Sequence record: NC_016571.1
DNA: 64,000 nt
Strand: one strand, 5' to 3'
The notes beneath the pieces are model-generated. The model did not search any database, was not told the origin of the DNA, and was given only the letters and a program-made list of their open reading frames with translations. Of this stretch, positions 18,644-28,839 are shown piece by piece. The translations under genes were made by a program, and so were the position numbers. Position 1 is the stretch's first letter, and each line of letters starts with the position of its first letter.

Positions 18644-18657
18644 TTATGACGTCATAA
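18644..18657. promoter_or_regulatory. Palindrome TTATGACGTCATAA carrying TATG on both strands in a divergent intergenic region
   Basis: Perfect 14-bp palindrome. TATG is the phiKZ late-promoter consensus. Confidence 0.45.
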
Positions 18658-18681
18658 GTTGAATTTGCTACACAATCCAGC

Positions 18682-20049
18682 TTGCCCTTTTATTTTACTC
18701 CCGGAGTAACACTAGAAATGTTAGATATTAACTTTCTGAATCCCAAAGCCCCGCTGAACTTTGCGGGCATGGAGTTTATGGACTATGTTAGTTCTGACCT
18801 CTATCCTAGCCTCATCAAGTTTTTCAGTGACTATACTTTCATCGATGAAGAAACTGGACTTGAACGCATCAACGTAAGTAAAGAATCCGTAGAACGTTTC
18901 CATGACATCGTTTTCCCACTTACCGGAATGGACGTACTGTTCACCGAAAACGCACTCATCGGAAACATGGCGGTCGATGTAGGATACTTGTCCCCGCATA
19001 ACCTTTTAAATATCGCTGCGCTGGATATGTACATCGATAAAGAAGAAACTAACGTTGCCCGTGCAATGAAAGTTCTTAAGACTGATGTTCTCAAGGGTTG
19101 GGTTGATACCTCTACCGGTAAAATTGGTGGAGATTTTAGCAAGGTACCTATTACCATTTCTGTCAACGTTTGGGCTGACGAGTGGATGAAACGCAAAGTC
19201 CTGGCTAAACTGAAAATCAGTCTCCCTGAAGCACTGGCTATAACCGTGTGTCACGAATTGGGCCACGTCTTTACTGGTTTCCTTTATGTTACCCGCACTT
19301 GCTTCGATGCCATTCTTCCGGTCATCGCTATTAAGCAAGTTTGTGGTGGAAGCATCTACGGTAAAGAGCGCGCAACTATTATTAACGATACATTGAAAGA
19401 GTTGGATATCCCACCAACCGCCAAAGTAGAAGAGGTAGCCAGAATGGAAGAAGACCAATTAGCGGTCTACTTCAGCAAAGCTATCAATAACCGAGACCTG
19501 AACCGCACCTTGTCAATTGGTGGTGCGTATCGTGGCTCTGAAGTATTGGCTGACCTTTATGCTGTCCGTATGGGCTGTCCTAAAGCAATGTTGGCTGCTG
19601 CGGGTGCGCTGAAAAGTACGTTCCCTGATAAAGGCACGGCTGTCCTCGGTGGTATCACCTTCTTCCTGGCTGTAGCCGGTACATCAGTCCTGGCAGGTTT
19701 TGCTGGTGTTATTTTTGCTGGTATGTTGCTTTTACGCTTTGGTGCGTACAACATCCCTAACCCTTCGTATGACGCTCCTTATCGTCGCATGAAGAATATC
19801 CTTCGCGATACCGTTGTTCGTCTGAATGATGATAAAGGGATGGATAAACGTGAAAAGGCTAAACTCCTGGCTTCGGCTAAAGAGATGGAGACTATGATCT
19901 CCGACTCCAAACCTTTCTTTGAAGGAACTGGTGTCCAACGTCTCGTGGGGTATATCCTTTCCGGTACTGACTTCCGGGCTGCTGACTTCGAGCATTACAC
20001 CGAAGAACTCATTGGCCATACTCTGTCACTTTATAAAGAAGCTTTCTAA
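18682..20049 (+). CDS. Head-cluster virion protein with M48-like Zn-metalloprotease motifs (probable start ATG 18718)
   Basis: VCHELGH (19252-19266); EVLADLYAVRMG about 91 aa later; hydrophobic hairpin AVLGG...LLLRF; N-terminal AGME site. First gene of the head cluster. Confidence 0.6.
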   Translation: MPFYFTPGVTLEMLDINFLNPKAPLNFAGMEFMDYVSSDLYPSLIKFFSDYTFIDEETGLERINVSKESVERFHDIVFPLTGMDVLFTENALIGNMAVDVGYLSPHNLLNIAALDMYIDKEETNVARAMKVLKTDVLKGWVDTSTGKIGGDFSKVPITISVNVWADEWMKRKVLAKLKISLPEALAITVCHELGHVFTGFLYVTRTCFDAILPVIAIKQVCGGSIYGKERATIINDTLKELDIPPTAKVEEVARMEEDQLAVYFSKAINNRDLNRTLSIGGAYRGSEVLADLYAVRMGCPKAMLAAAGALKSTFPDKGTAVLGGITFFLAVAGTSVLAGFAGVIFAGMLLLRFGAYNIPNPSYDAPYRRMKNILRDTVVRLNDDKGMDKREKAKLLASAKEMETMISDSKPFFEGTGVQRLVGYILSGTDFRAADFEHYTEELIGHTLSLYKEAF

Positions 20050-20058
20050 GGAATAACC

Positions 20059-20490
20059 ATGTCTCATTTGGCTCACATTGTAAAACTTAAGCAAGACCTG
20101 ATCGCTAATAAAGTGGTCGCTCCTGCTGATCAAATCGCAGTGGTTCGTACCGCTTATGTTAAAGCACTCATCAATGTTAACGCTGTTAACAAGTTGGATG
20201 AAGATCAGTGCATTAACTTTAACCGTTTCGTACTGGGCTACTGGAATGAAGTAACTCCTGTAAACGGTCCACTGGTCATGGCTATGATCGGTAAGTTCTT
20301 CCGTTCCTTCGACGCGTTTGTCGCTAGCACTATTACCGCCAACACTTTGGAAATCCAGGTAGTTGATAAAGTAGAAGGTGTCGACTTCAAATGGGAAGAA
20401 TTGGATTCTTACCGTGAACTGGTACAGACTCTGATTGCTGAAGGTAAGCACAAGCTGGAACAATTCCTGCCTACCGATAACATCGTTTAA
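20059..20490 (+). CDS. Hypothetical protein (probably virion-associated)
   Basis: AAGGA SD; within the structural operon. Confidence 0.7.
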   Translation: MSHLAHIVKLKQDLIANKVVAPADQIAVVRTAYVKALINVNAVNKLDEDQCINFNRFVLGYWNEVTPVNGPLVMAMIGKFFRSFDAFVASTITANTLEIQVVDKVEGVDFKWEELDSYRELVQTLIAEGKHKLEQFLPTDNIV

Positions 20491-20502
20491 TCTGGAGCTA
20501 TC

Positions 20503-22086
20503 ATGTCCGAAGAAAAGAAAGATCAAAAGACTGATAGCGAATCCGTAGAGCTGGGGTCAGTACTCCAGCTTCACCCTCACAAGCCAACCACTAAAGTTAA
20601 TACGGTTGATCGTAAGGACGGAGAAGAATACATCTCTCTTGATGATGTATACGAAGTTACCGGTCAGGAATCACTTCAAATCCTTGCGGCTAACTGTCGT
20701 GAGTTTATGAATAACAAACGCCTGGCTCCATCAGGATACACTGTGCTGCTTCTGGCGGGCAATGAATCCATGATCCCTGGCTATGACCGTTATAATGCGG
20801 TTAAAGGCGGAGAGGGCTTCCTGGAAGCTCTGAAGAAAGGTTTCGTCATTATCATCAAGAACGCTAAGCGTTTTATTATCGCAGTGATCGATTGGGGTGT
20901 GGCGCGCTTGCGTGCTTTGCTGGCTTTCGAGAAAACTGAGAAAGAACTGGCTATTATTGCTAGCGTATCCAAAGAAGTTAAAACTAAACTTCTGGGTATC
21001 CTCAGTGAACTTGCTGATGGTGAGAAAGTTCCTTTCGATACAGCTGAACTTTACGCTGCCCTGCCAGGCAATATCACAAGTACTGACGCATTCTCCATTG
21101 TGCGTGGTGGAATCAATAAAGGTATCACCGCTCAGATGAAGAACTTCCAGTCTGTAGTGAAAGATCTGGATGCTGCTTCTCAGCTGATGATTCGTGCCGG
21201 TATGGATGCGAAGAACTCACGTAGTCGTTATCAAATGGCAGTGCGTAAATTACGTCAGGCGTTCCGTGACCGTGAATCGTTCTCTGCTGCTGATGTAACT
21301 GAGTTCCGTCATGCTATCGATAAAGAGCTGGTAGAAGCTCTGAACCCAGAACCAATGCGTGATATGCTCGATAAGATCATTACTCGTGTATATGACATTG
21401 ATTTGGGCAACATCGGTCTTGATGGTGCGTTTAAAGATAACCTTCGCAAACAACGTGAAGAACTGACTAAAACTGTTCAGGTTAAAGTTACCCCTGAAGA
21501 GTATGAAGAGTATCGTGGGATTGCTAGTAACCTGGCAGTCACAATGCTCAAGCAGTCTTCCGATCGTTTCGATGCTAACCAACTTGCAGTACTGAAAGAC
21601 GCACTGGAAGTTAAAGATGCCGAACTTATTGAAGAGATTCAAAATGCGTTCCCAGAACACGGCGTACTTTCTACAAGCTACACTGCTTATGCTGCTCATA
21701 TATCTGAGTACGTATCAACCATGGAATACCTGGTAAACGTTTGCGGTAACGTCCGTCGTTCTATCGCTAGCATTATCAACTGGGGTAATAAGGTTGACCG
21801 TCTGATGTTCTCCTACATCACCAAAGACATCTCAACTATTCTGGCTGCTGAAGATGAGCTACTCTCTAAAGAGAAAGTAGATGATCTGGCCGCTAAAGAT
21901 AAAGATGGTAAACGTGTCGATTCTATTTTGAATATCGATTACGATGCTACCTTTATTGCTAAGCACCCTGTCTATGGTCGAGCTATTCAAGCTTATCGTT
22001 TTGAAACCAGTAAGCTTCGTCAGAAGTTTAAAATGATTGATGAAGTGAATAAGCTTCTGAAGTCTATCGGTGCAAGGACTATCTAA
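20503..22086 (+). CDS. Putative internal head protein with G-x-E processed propeptide
   Basis: TGQES, AGNES and GGEGFLEALKKGF followed by an amphipathic helix. Confidence 0.65.
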   Translation: MSEEKKDQKTDSESVELGSVLQLHPHKPTTKVNTVDRKDGEEYISLDDVYEVTGQESLQILAANCREFMNNKRLAPSGYTVLLLAGNESMIPGYDRYNAVKGGEGFLEALKKGFVIIIKNAKRFIIAVIDWGVARLRALLAFEKTEKELAIIASVSKEVKTKLLGILSELADGEKVPFDTAELYAALPGNITSTDAFSIVRGGINKGITAQMKNFQSVVKDLDAASQLMIRAGMDAKNSRSRYQMAVRKLRQAFRDRESFSAADVTEFRHAIDKELVEALNPEPMRDMLDKIITRVYDIDLGNIGLDGAFKDNLRKQREELTKTVQVKVTPEEYEEYRGIASNLAVTMLKQSSDRFDANQLAVLKDALEVKDAELIEEIQNAFPEHGVLSTSYTAYAAHISEYVSTMEYLVNVCGNVRRSIASIINWGNKVDRLMFSYITKDISTILAAEDELLSKEKVDDLAAKDKDGKRVDSILNIDYDATFIAKHPVYGRAIQAYRFETSKLRQKFKMIDEVNKLLKSIGARTI

Positions 22087-22737
22087 ATGCAGAAAGAAGA
22101 TCTGTACGCACTCATTGACCAACTGACTATTGACCAGGAACGTTATAACAAGTTCAAGGACTATACGCTCACGTTCGTCAGAGATAAGCGTTGTCGTAAA
22201 GGCGCACTGGCGTTTGTAGAAGAAGTATTTAATCTTCCACAGATTTCAGGGCGTGATGAATTGGCTCTGAGGTTGTTCTCTGAAAAGAGTTTACAAAACT
22301 CCAGAATGGTTGAAGATTTTATCTTTACCCATCCTATCACCATTGGGTATTCAGAAGCCCTCAAAACAGCCAGACTGGATTTGATGAAGAAGGTCGGTGA
22401 ATATATCATCGATATCTCTCGTCGTCTTACAGAGTCTGAGATTGCTGATAAAGATGAACGTCAAGTTTATCTTCGTCGTGCAGTAGCAAGACTGTATAAG
22501 GTTTCCTGGCGTCGTACTCAGGTCACTATCCAAGCTGATCAATGGCATGAGGTAGAACCTGAAGATATCCCTTATCTGACCGAGACCCTTGATGAACTGA
22601 CGAATCGTATTTCTGATACCCGTCGTTTCCTGATTTGGTCTGATCAGTATGGTGATAGCTTTGGTCTGGATGATGAGAAGACACTCAAATCTCTTCGCAC
22701 CTATTTAGACTATCTGGATACCTATCTGGAATACTAA
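22087..22737 (+). CDS. Hypothetical protein
   Basis: 216 aa, abutting the upstream stop codon. Confidence 0.75.
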   Translation: MQKEDLYALIDQLTIDQERYNKFKDYTLTFVRDKRCRKGALAFVEEVFNLPQISGRDELALRLFSEKSLQNSRMVEDFIFTHPITIGYSEALKTARLDLMKKVGEYIIDISRRLTESEIADKDERQVYLRRAVARLYKVSWRRTQVTIQADQWHEVEPEDIPYLTETLDELTNRISDTRRFLIWSDQYGDSFGLDDEKTLKSLRTYLDYLDTYLEY

Positions 22738-22740
22738 CAG

Positions 22741-22790
22741 CATAAATCCCCTACCCCTCCTTGACGGAGTGGGTAGGGGTTATGTTTGTT
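22741..22790. terminator. Bidirectional hairpin (inverted copy of 16841..16872)
   Basis: CATAAAT-CCCCTACCCCTCC-TTGAC-GGAGTGGGTAGGGG-TTATGTTTG. Confidence 0.8.
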
Positions 22791-22794
22791 TCTT

Positions 22795-25773
22795 TTATTC
22801 TTCGATGAAGTGACGTTTGAACTGAACTTCGATATCTTCCTTAATGGTGAGATAACGGTCAGCTGTTTGGTCAATCACCTTACGAACACTGAATCCATTC
22901 GTGGTGTCGATGTTGGTAATGATGTCAATACCCATCGTGCCAGCATTACCGATAACCTTAACGTTAAGAACATCAGAGCCAGCATTCTGACGAAGCTTAG
23001 CAGTGATCTCACTGATACCAACAGTATCCTGACGAAGGATTTCGTTGATGATGCGGTGAGTTGACGTAATGAGACTATCTTTGAGGTTCTGGTTACGCAG
23101 ACCTTCTTTGGTGAGAGAGTAAGTAACACCGAAGGTAAGATCTGTTTTGAGAATACGTTCGATTGCTTCGTTGTAAACCACGCGAGTGTAACCCATGGTG
23201 GAACGAGGTTTGAACACCAACTTAGTTTCATCGAGAGTAATGCGGTTGTATTCATCAAGCTGGGAAATAACTTCATCAACGAAGAAGTCATCGATACGAT
23301 CCATATAGTTCGTATCATACTCATCCTGAGAAACCATATAGTTATAGTCGAACCCAATGAAGTCGAAGTAATACTTCATCTTGCGAGGTTCTAACGGAAT
23401 AGGGAAACCTTGATCGTCGTACATGGTCTGACCCTTTGTAAACTTCCAGACAGGCTTACCGTCAGAAGTAAAGCGTTGGGTACCGGCTTTATGAACAATG
23501 ATAGGTTTCTTATTATCATCTAATACCAGTTTCTCAAATGGCTCGCCGTTAGGCATAATAACCGTTTCAGTCTGGTAGATGTTTTCCGCGTAAGTATCAG
23601 GAACGTCAGCAGTATACTTCTTGTACTGTGCTTCACCGACCATAGGGCGGATACGAGAGTACAGCGATTCCAGAGGGCGACCAAATTCAACAGCATACTC
23701 GGTTTCAATCATCGAGATGGTAGTTGAACTAAACAGGGTCTGGTCAATCTTCATATCCGACTTAGACAGCAACTGGTTACCAGGACCGCTGTAAGTGAAG
23801 ATGAAGTTAGCAATCGTTGACAGATCTACAAACGTATGGTCTTGTGGTCTACCGAACTGATTGAACCCAGCCATGTCAATTTGGTTACCGTCATCAATAT
23901 CAAACTTAGTATCGATGCGGAATGAGAAGATGCGTTCTTTTGTATCAGCGTCAATACCATCAAACTTAGCACGCATCGTAGCAGGAGATGTTGTCCCGAT
24001 AGGAGTAAGGCTAAGCTGTACACCAACAAGTTCATCACTGATTTGTTTATAAGAATCAGAAGACTGAGTGCGGATGGAGATCGTGTAACCTTTAGGGTCT
24101 GCCGCGATGTTGATTTGACCAACACCAACCTGCACACCTAAGTTAACGTTCTCGAAACGGAATGTCTGATACTTAATGGTAGGACGGCTAAGACGATAGA
24201 TACGAACAGCTGCTCGATCCTTGGTGGTATCGAAGACGTAGGCAAATGGGTTATAGACCATCGACCGTTTAGTCATCGTATCAATCTTGTTCTGGTTAGT
24301 AGAACCTAAGAGCGTATCGATCTCATGCTTACTTACCAGGAACGGAGTTTGCTGTGTAATATCAAATGCCCCGCGTTGTAGCAGGGTGATACGTTTACCA
24401 TTGTCAATCCCCCAACCCGTTCCAACAATCTCATCCAGGGACGTTAGGAGTGATCCTACATGCGTACCGATAGAAGAGTTGAAGCGAGTGAACGAACTGT
24501 CATTAAACAGTTTGTCTTCCTGAATAGGGAGATCTTTGGTTACACGATACAAACGAGATGTCACGTGGTCAATGGAGCGAACAGAAGAATAACCATTACG
24601 CAGCATGAATTGAGAGATGTCTGAGTTACTGACCGGAATCAGACGGCGACGGTGGCCGTAGATCATCAGGTTCTTCAGTTCTTCAAACGGAGTAGCGTCA
24701 CGACCACCAGTGATTGGATCAATGGAGTCGATCAGTACATCATCAATACGACGGAAGGGTTCCTCGTAAGTGCTGAGTTTACCTTTGTCATTATTGTAGT
24801 TGTAATACTTCGCTGAATGATACTGAGTTTTAAGTGTGGTCAGATCTCGGTAGTAAACACCTTTGGTGGTGTAAACCAAAATTGACACACGTCCAATAGC
24901 AGAACCGTTCTGAATATAAACAGAAGGTATCGAAGCTTCAAATGTCGTGTCATCAATGACGTCAACAACCAGAGTCGGGAGAGTCGGGTTATAAACTTCA
25001 TTGTTATAAATGACGGACATTTCATTACGCTGACTTGTTCCATCTGGAGTGATGAAAGCACGGACCGCATAAAGACTATCTTCGAAAGTCACTGGTTCTC
25101 TGAAACCTGTCGCGTTGTTGACTGGACGGTTTGGAATCTCAGTAATGTGTAGCTGACGTAATGGGAGTTCGATAGTCAGATAACGACGGTTGTCGATATC
25201 CAGATGACCGATCTCCGGGGTGTTCGTGGTTAGAGGTTTCAAAGGAGATTGACGATCACTATCGTAGACCACCTGATACCCACCGTGTTCCATCACACGA
25301 ATCTCTACAGGGTTTTCCAGAAGGAATGGAAGACCTGCTACGTCGAATTCAGTATCCCCAGGGATAACCAGCTTACGGTAACGGTTGTTTAAGTTACCAT
25401 CAACATTATCAAAAGGAATAGAAAAACGATCCAGAGACTCTTGCGAGATAATAAAACGGATTTTCGTGTCTGACGGCTCAGCAAATATACCATACCAATC
25501 CTCATCTGACATTTGTTTAGAGAGATCAGAAATATTTCTGGCATGAACCTTAAAGGTCTTGGCCTCACTGTCACCTAAGCGAGAGATGAAACCATAGTTA
25601 GTTCCAACTACCAAATCCACCGCATAAGCAAATGGATGGTCTGTGGAGTTGAGAGTACCAGCGCCTGCGCTGAATGCACTCTCGATATCATTAAACACGG
25701 TAGCAATAACACGTGAGGGGTTATTACTAATTCGTGCGAGTTCGTCAAAGTCCATACTCATCTTGGTACCCAC
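22795..25773 (-). CDS. Putative baseplate wedge protein (phiKZ gp87-like)
   Basis: ITGGRDATPFEELK resembles the baseplate-J/gp6 GG.D.E..EEL motif; 992 aa; structural context. Confidence 0.6.
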   Translation of the reverse strand: MGTKMSMDFDELARISNNPSRVIATVFNDIESAFSAGAGTLNSTDHPFAYAVDLVVGTNYGFISRLGDSEAKTFKVHARNISDLSKQMSDEDWYGIFAEPSDTKIRFIISQESLDRFSIPFDNVDGNLNNRYRKLVIPGDTEFDVAGLPFLLENPVEIRVMEHGGYQVVYDSDRQSPLKPLTTNTPEIGHLDIDNRRYLTIELPLRQLHITEIPNRPVNNATGFREPVTFEDSLYAVRAFITPDGTSQRNEMSVIYNNEVYNPTLPTLVVDVIDDTTFEASIPSVYIQNGSAIGRVSILVYTTKGVYYRDLTTLKTQYHSAKYYNYNNDKGKLSTYEEPFRRIDDVLIDSIDPITGGRDATPFEELKNLMIYGHRRRLIPVSNSDISQFMLRNGYSSVRSIDHVTSRLYRVTKDLPIQEDKLFNDSSFTRFNSSIGTHVGSLLTSLDEIVGTGWGIDNGKRITLLQRGAFDITQQTPFLVSKHEIDTLLGSTNQNKIDTMTKRSMVYNPFAYVFDTTKDRAAVRIYRLSRPTIKYQTFRFENVNLGVQVGVGQINIAADPKGYTISIRTQSSDSYKQISDELVGVQLSLTPIGTTSPATMRAKFDGIDADTKERIFSFRIDTKFDIDDGNQIDMAGFNQFGRPQDHTFVDLSTIANFIFTYSGPGNQLLSKSDMKIDQTLFSSTTISMIETEYAVEFGRPLESLYSRIRPMVGEAQYKKYTADVPDTYAENIYQTETVIMPNGEPFEKLVLDDNKKPIIVHKAGTQRFTSDGKPVWKFTKGQTMYDDQGFPIPLEPRKMKYYFDFIGFDYNYMVSQDEYDTNYMDRIDDFFVDEVISQLDEYNRITLDETKLVFKPRSTMGYTRVVYNEAIERILKTDLTFGVTYSLTKEGLRNQNLKDSLITSTHRIINEILRQDTVGISEITAKLRQNAGSDVLNVKVIGNAGTMGIDIITNIDTTNGFSVRKVIDQTADRYLTIKEDIEVQFKRHFIEE

Positions 25774-26849
25774 CAGGTTAATTTAATACCCGTTCTTGCG
25801 ACAGTACGTCCGCCCTCACCTTTTATCTCAGCAGTACGAGGAAGAAGCAAAGGACTGGCACCGTAGTTATAAGGTATATATTCATCGGACTTAAGTTCAC
25901 GGTAAAGACGATTACGGTTCTCTGGTCGCATACCTTTATTATACTCAAAAGTATGTTCGTTGAATGATTGGATTAAGCCCCACTCATCCATGCGCATGCC
26001 AGCAGAAGAGAACTGAACTGTAAAGTCGTCTTGTCCTTCGCCACGGAGTGTGGTGGAGGTATTATCGATGTTCGCAATAGAACCGGCTGGGTATGTTACC
26101 GGAATAGATTGAACGGTAGCAAAGATATGCTCAAGGAACTCAGAGTCCTTGTTCATTATAAGGTGATAGATACGGCAATCGTAATCAATACGGTTACTCA
26201 TCAAGTACCAGTCACGAGGACCAACTTGTCTGTCACCGGAAGTTACTTCAGAGATATAATCTTCCCAGTATTGGAACAGGGCTTGAATCACAGAAGGCTT
26301 CGGATTGTAGTAAGCTTGCTGAATAGTGAAGACACCATTCGACTCTAACTTACTGGCAACACGTTGATAAACCTGCTGTCTCATTCCTGGTTCACTGGTA
26401 TCAATAGAGATTTGAAGATCGTCGAACCCAGTAGACGTTTTAAGATATTCTGTCAACACCGGTATAAAAGGAAACTGATTATTCAGCCCTACCGGGTTGT
26501 TTGCAGCACCCCAACGTTCGTCCAGCATTCCTCGGACATAGGCACCAACACTATACTGACTTGCGCCGAACAGACTAACCAGTTTCTCTGAACGACTGAT
26601 GTTATCATCAGACAGATTCAGCTGGGGCCTTGTTACGAGCGACAATCCTATGGTGTTATCGGCCATAGGCATCATTGCCGGGCCTTTACCTAGTATCCTA
26701 ATTCCTCTCATGGAATTAAGCATTGGTGAAATATAGCCAGGAGAAGTACCGGACAAGAGTGCAGCGTCAAATATGTCTTTTCGCTTTTCTAGGTTCTCCC
26801 CTGAATAATTTGTAAAATTATTTTCATCTTGATCCATATAAGACCTCAA
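25758..26849 (-). CDS. Virion structural protein, possibly tail-tube/baseplate related (probable start ATG 26837)
   Basis: Context and beta-rich pattern; GAGGT SD before ATG 26837. Confidence 0.5.
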   Translation of the reverse strand: MRSYMDQDENNFTNYSGENLEKRKDIFDAALLSGTSPGYISPMLNSMRGIRILGKGPAMMPMADNTIGLSLVTRPQLNLSDDNISRSEKLVSLFGASQYSVGAYVRGMLDERWGAANNPVGLNNQFPFIPVLTEYLKTSTGFDDLQISIDTSEPGMRQQVYQRVASKLESNGVFTIQQAYYNPKPSVIQALFQYWEDYISEVTSGDRQVGPRDWYLMSNRIDYDCRIYHLIMNKDSEFLEHIFATVQSIPVTYPAGSIANIDNTSTTLRGEGQDDFTVQFSSAGMRMDEWGLIQSFNEHTFEYNKGMRPENRNRLYRELKSDEYIPYNYGASPLLLPRTAEIKGEGGRTVARTGIKLTWWVPR

Positions 26850-26862
26850 AACGGAGCATTCA

Positions 26863-27954
26863 ATGATTCCTCAACTCTTAACTTTTGGGAGCGTCATGAC
26901 CCAATTGGCGACTACCATCGGTGTCGCAAAGGAAGGGGCGGCCGGAGCTAAAAAAGTTTTAGACACAGCCTCTTCAGCATACAATGTTTTAAACACGAAC
27001 AGTGTATCGCAGTCCGCCGGTCGTACTCTCATCGCACCAATGGTTGCCGTAGAAAATACATTACTTCATCAGGAATACATGTCAGACCTGATGACTGTGA
27101 TCAACCTGCGTGATATCAAAGATGCATTAACCCACCTGGCTATGCAGGGTTCTGTTAATGGTATCAAGATTGGTTCACTGGTAGATTCTATTAACCCACG
27201 TCGTGCTGGGCTGTTGTCACTGCAAGGTGCCGAAGCATTCGGCGGTGGTAACTCCTGGAATGCAGCAGATAAGAGCAACAAAACCATTGAGAACCGCGTG
27301 ACAGTTGCCGGTAAACAAATGGCTGATCTTACTGAGTATACCCCACTGGCTATCGGTCGTACTGTAGAAGCATCTGCACAGATCGATGGTGTTCAGGTAT
27401 CATTCCCTCTGACCTTCCGTCAGATTCCAGTTCCAGTATCTTCAAATGATCTTCAAACCATCTTTGAAGCAGCTCGTCCTGAAGATGGAATGTTTGCTCG
27501 TTTCATGATGTGGCGTGCTGGTGAAATCACCACTCCTGAATTCCTGACTGGTACTGACCAGATCAAACGTGAGTTCAACATCCGTAAAGACGATATGTCT
27601 GGCTACTATAAAGAAGCTATGGATCGTCAAGCTAAAAACCGTCTCGCTTCTCTGCGTACTGGCGTGCTGAGCATGAACACAATGGCTAACACCATTATCA
27701 TGTCTTCTGACACGGCTCGCAATATCGAACTCGAACTGGGTGTTCGCTTCGATGGTGACGGTATCAACAAAATCAAAAAATCTGTACTGGCTAACACCAT
27801 TGTTGTGGTTGATGACGGTATGGGTGTCTTCACGTTCTATTCTTCTTCGACTAACCGTCCTGAAGAATACACCCGTCGTGAAATCACCGTCGTGTCCAAG
27901 AAGGATACTTCTCTGGACTTGAACTCTCTGATGAAAATGTTTGGTGGGCGTTAA
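26863..27954 (+). CDS. Putative head/inner-body protein (phiKZ gp89-like)
   Basis: QGAEAF G-x-E site; recalled gene order. Confidence 0.55.
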   Translation: MIPQLLTFGSVMTQLATTIGVAKEGAAGAKKVLDTASSAYNVLNTNSVSQSAGRTLIAPMVAVENTLLHQEYMSDLMTVINLRDIKDALTHLAMQGSVNGIKIGSLVDSINPRRAGLLSLQGAEAFGGGNSWNAADKSNKTIENRVTVAGKQMADLTEYTPLAIGRTVEASAQIDGVQVSFPLTFRQIPVPVSSNDLQTIFEAARPEDGMFARFMMWRAGEITTPEFLTGTDQIKREFNIRKDDMSGYYKEAMDRQAKNRLASLRTGVLSMNTMANTIIMSSDTARNIELELGVRFDGDGINKIKKSVLANTIVVVDDGMGVFTFYSSSTNRPEEYTRREITVVSKKDTSLDLNSLMKMFGGR

Positions 27955-27957
27955 TCC

Positions 27958-28839
27958 ATGATCATTATTAATGAAACACCTAAGGGTGATGTAGTCGAGG
28001 CCATCAATGATGAACTTGATCATGTCACTGGTCTTCGCGATACCCTGAGTCTGCTGAATGATTCTGGTAAAGCTAACGTCGATACCCTGGAAGGTTACGT
28101 TCAACGTAACGCCGTTCTGAAGAGTATCGAGTCTCAGCTGAAACAGTCTCTGTCTCCACGTGCTACTCTTATTAGTGCATTAGAGAATAGTACCGAACAG
28201 CTGGCTCTGTGGATCCCTAAACTGTCCGACCGTATCAATAAAGGTAGCACCAAGGTCTTTGACCGTGAAACCGTTACCTTTAAAGAGAAAGGAATCCTGG
28301 ACATCGTTGCAGGTATCAACTTCTTCAACCGTTACGCCACCATGGTTCTGGATATCCTCCTGAGTCAGGCTAACAAAGAAGAACGTCTGGAAAACTATCT
28401 GGGCAAAGTTGATTTCGCATTCTTCAACTCCACTTCCAAATACTTCGCTCACTTGCTGGTGAAATTCAGTGAGTCTGTTAAGAACCTGGAAGCTCAGATC
28501 GATGCACTGTCTGACGAAACCTACGATTCTGCATCAGAAGAGATCATTAGTGCCCAGCTGGGTGCTAGCGCTGTGTCCGTTAAGAACATGGCTCCTCATG
28601 AGCTGAACCCGCTGCACTGGTACAAGCGCCGTCAGATGAAAGGTGATGTTAAGACCCTGGTTAAATCCGGTCAAGACATTGACATGCTGGCAATGAAGAT
28701 TGCACGTCTGAACAACCGTCGTAATGGTACTGACAACCCGGATCTGGATCGTCAGATTGAAACTTACCAGGATGCTATCCTGAAGAAACGCGCGAACATG
28801 GTTCGTATCGAGAGCAAATACAATGGCAACAGAGTTTAA
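27958..28839 (+). CDS. Putative head protein (phiKZ gp90-like)
   Basis: Helical/coiled-coil protein in the head operon; strong codon bias. Confidence 0.55.
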   Translation: MIIINETPKGDVVEAINDELDHVTGLRDTLSLLNDSGKANVDTLEGYVQRNAVLKSIESQLKQSLSPRATLISALENSTEQLALWIPKLSDRINKGSTKVFDRETVTFKEKGILDIVAGINFFNRYATMVLDILLSQANKEERLENYLGKVDFAFFNSTSKYFAHLLVKFSESVKNLEAQIDALSDETYDSASEEIISAQLGASAVSVKNMAPHELNPLHWYKRRQMKGDVKTLVKSGQDIDMLAMKIARLNNRRNGTDNPDLDRQIETYQDAILKKRANMVRIESKYNGNRV

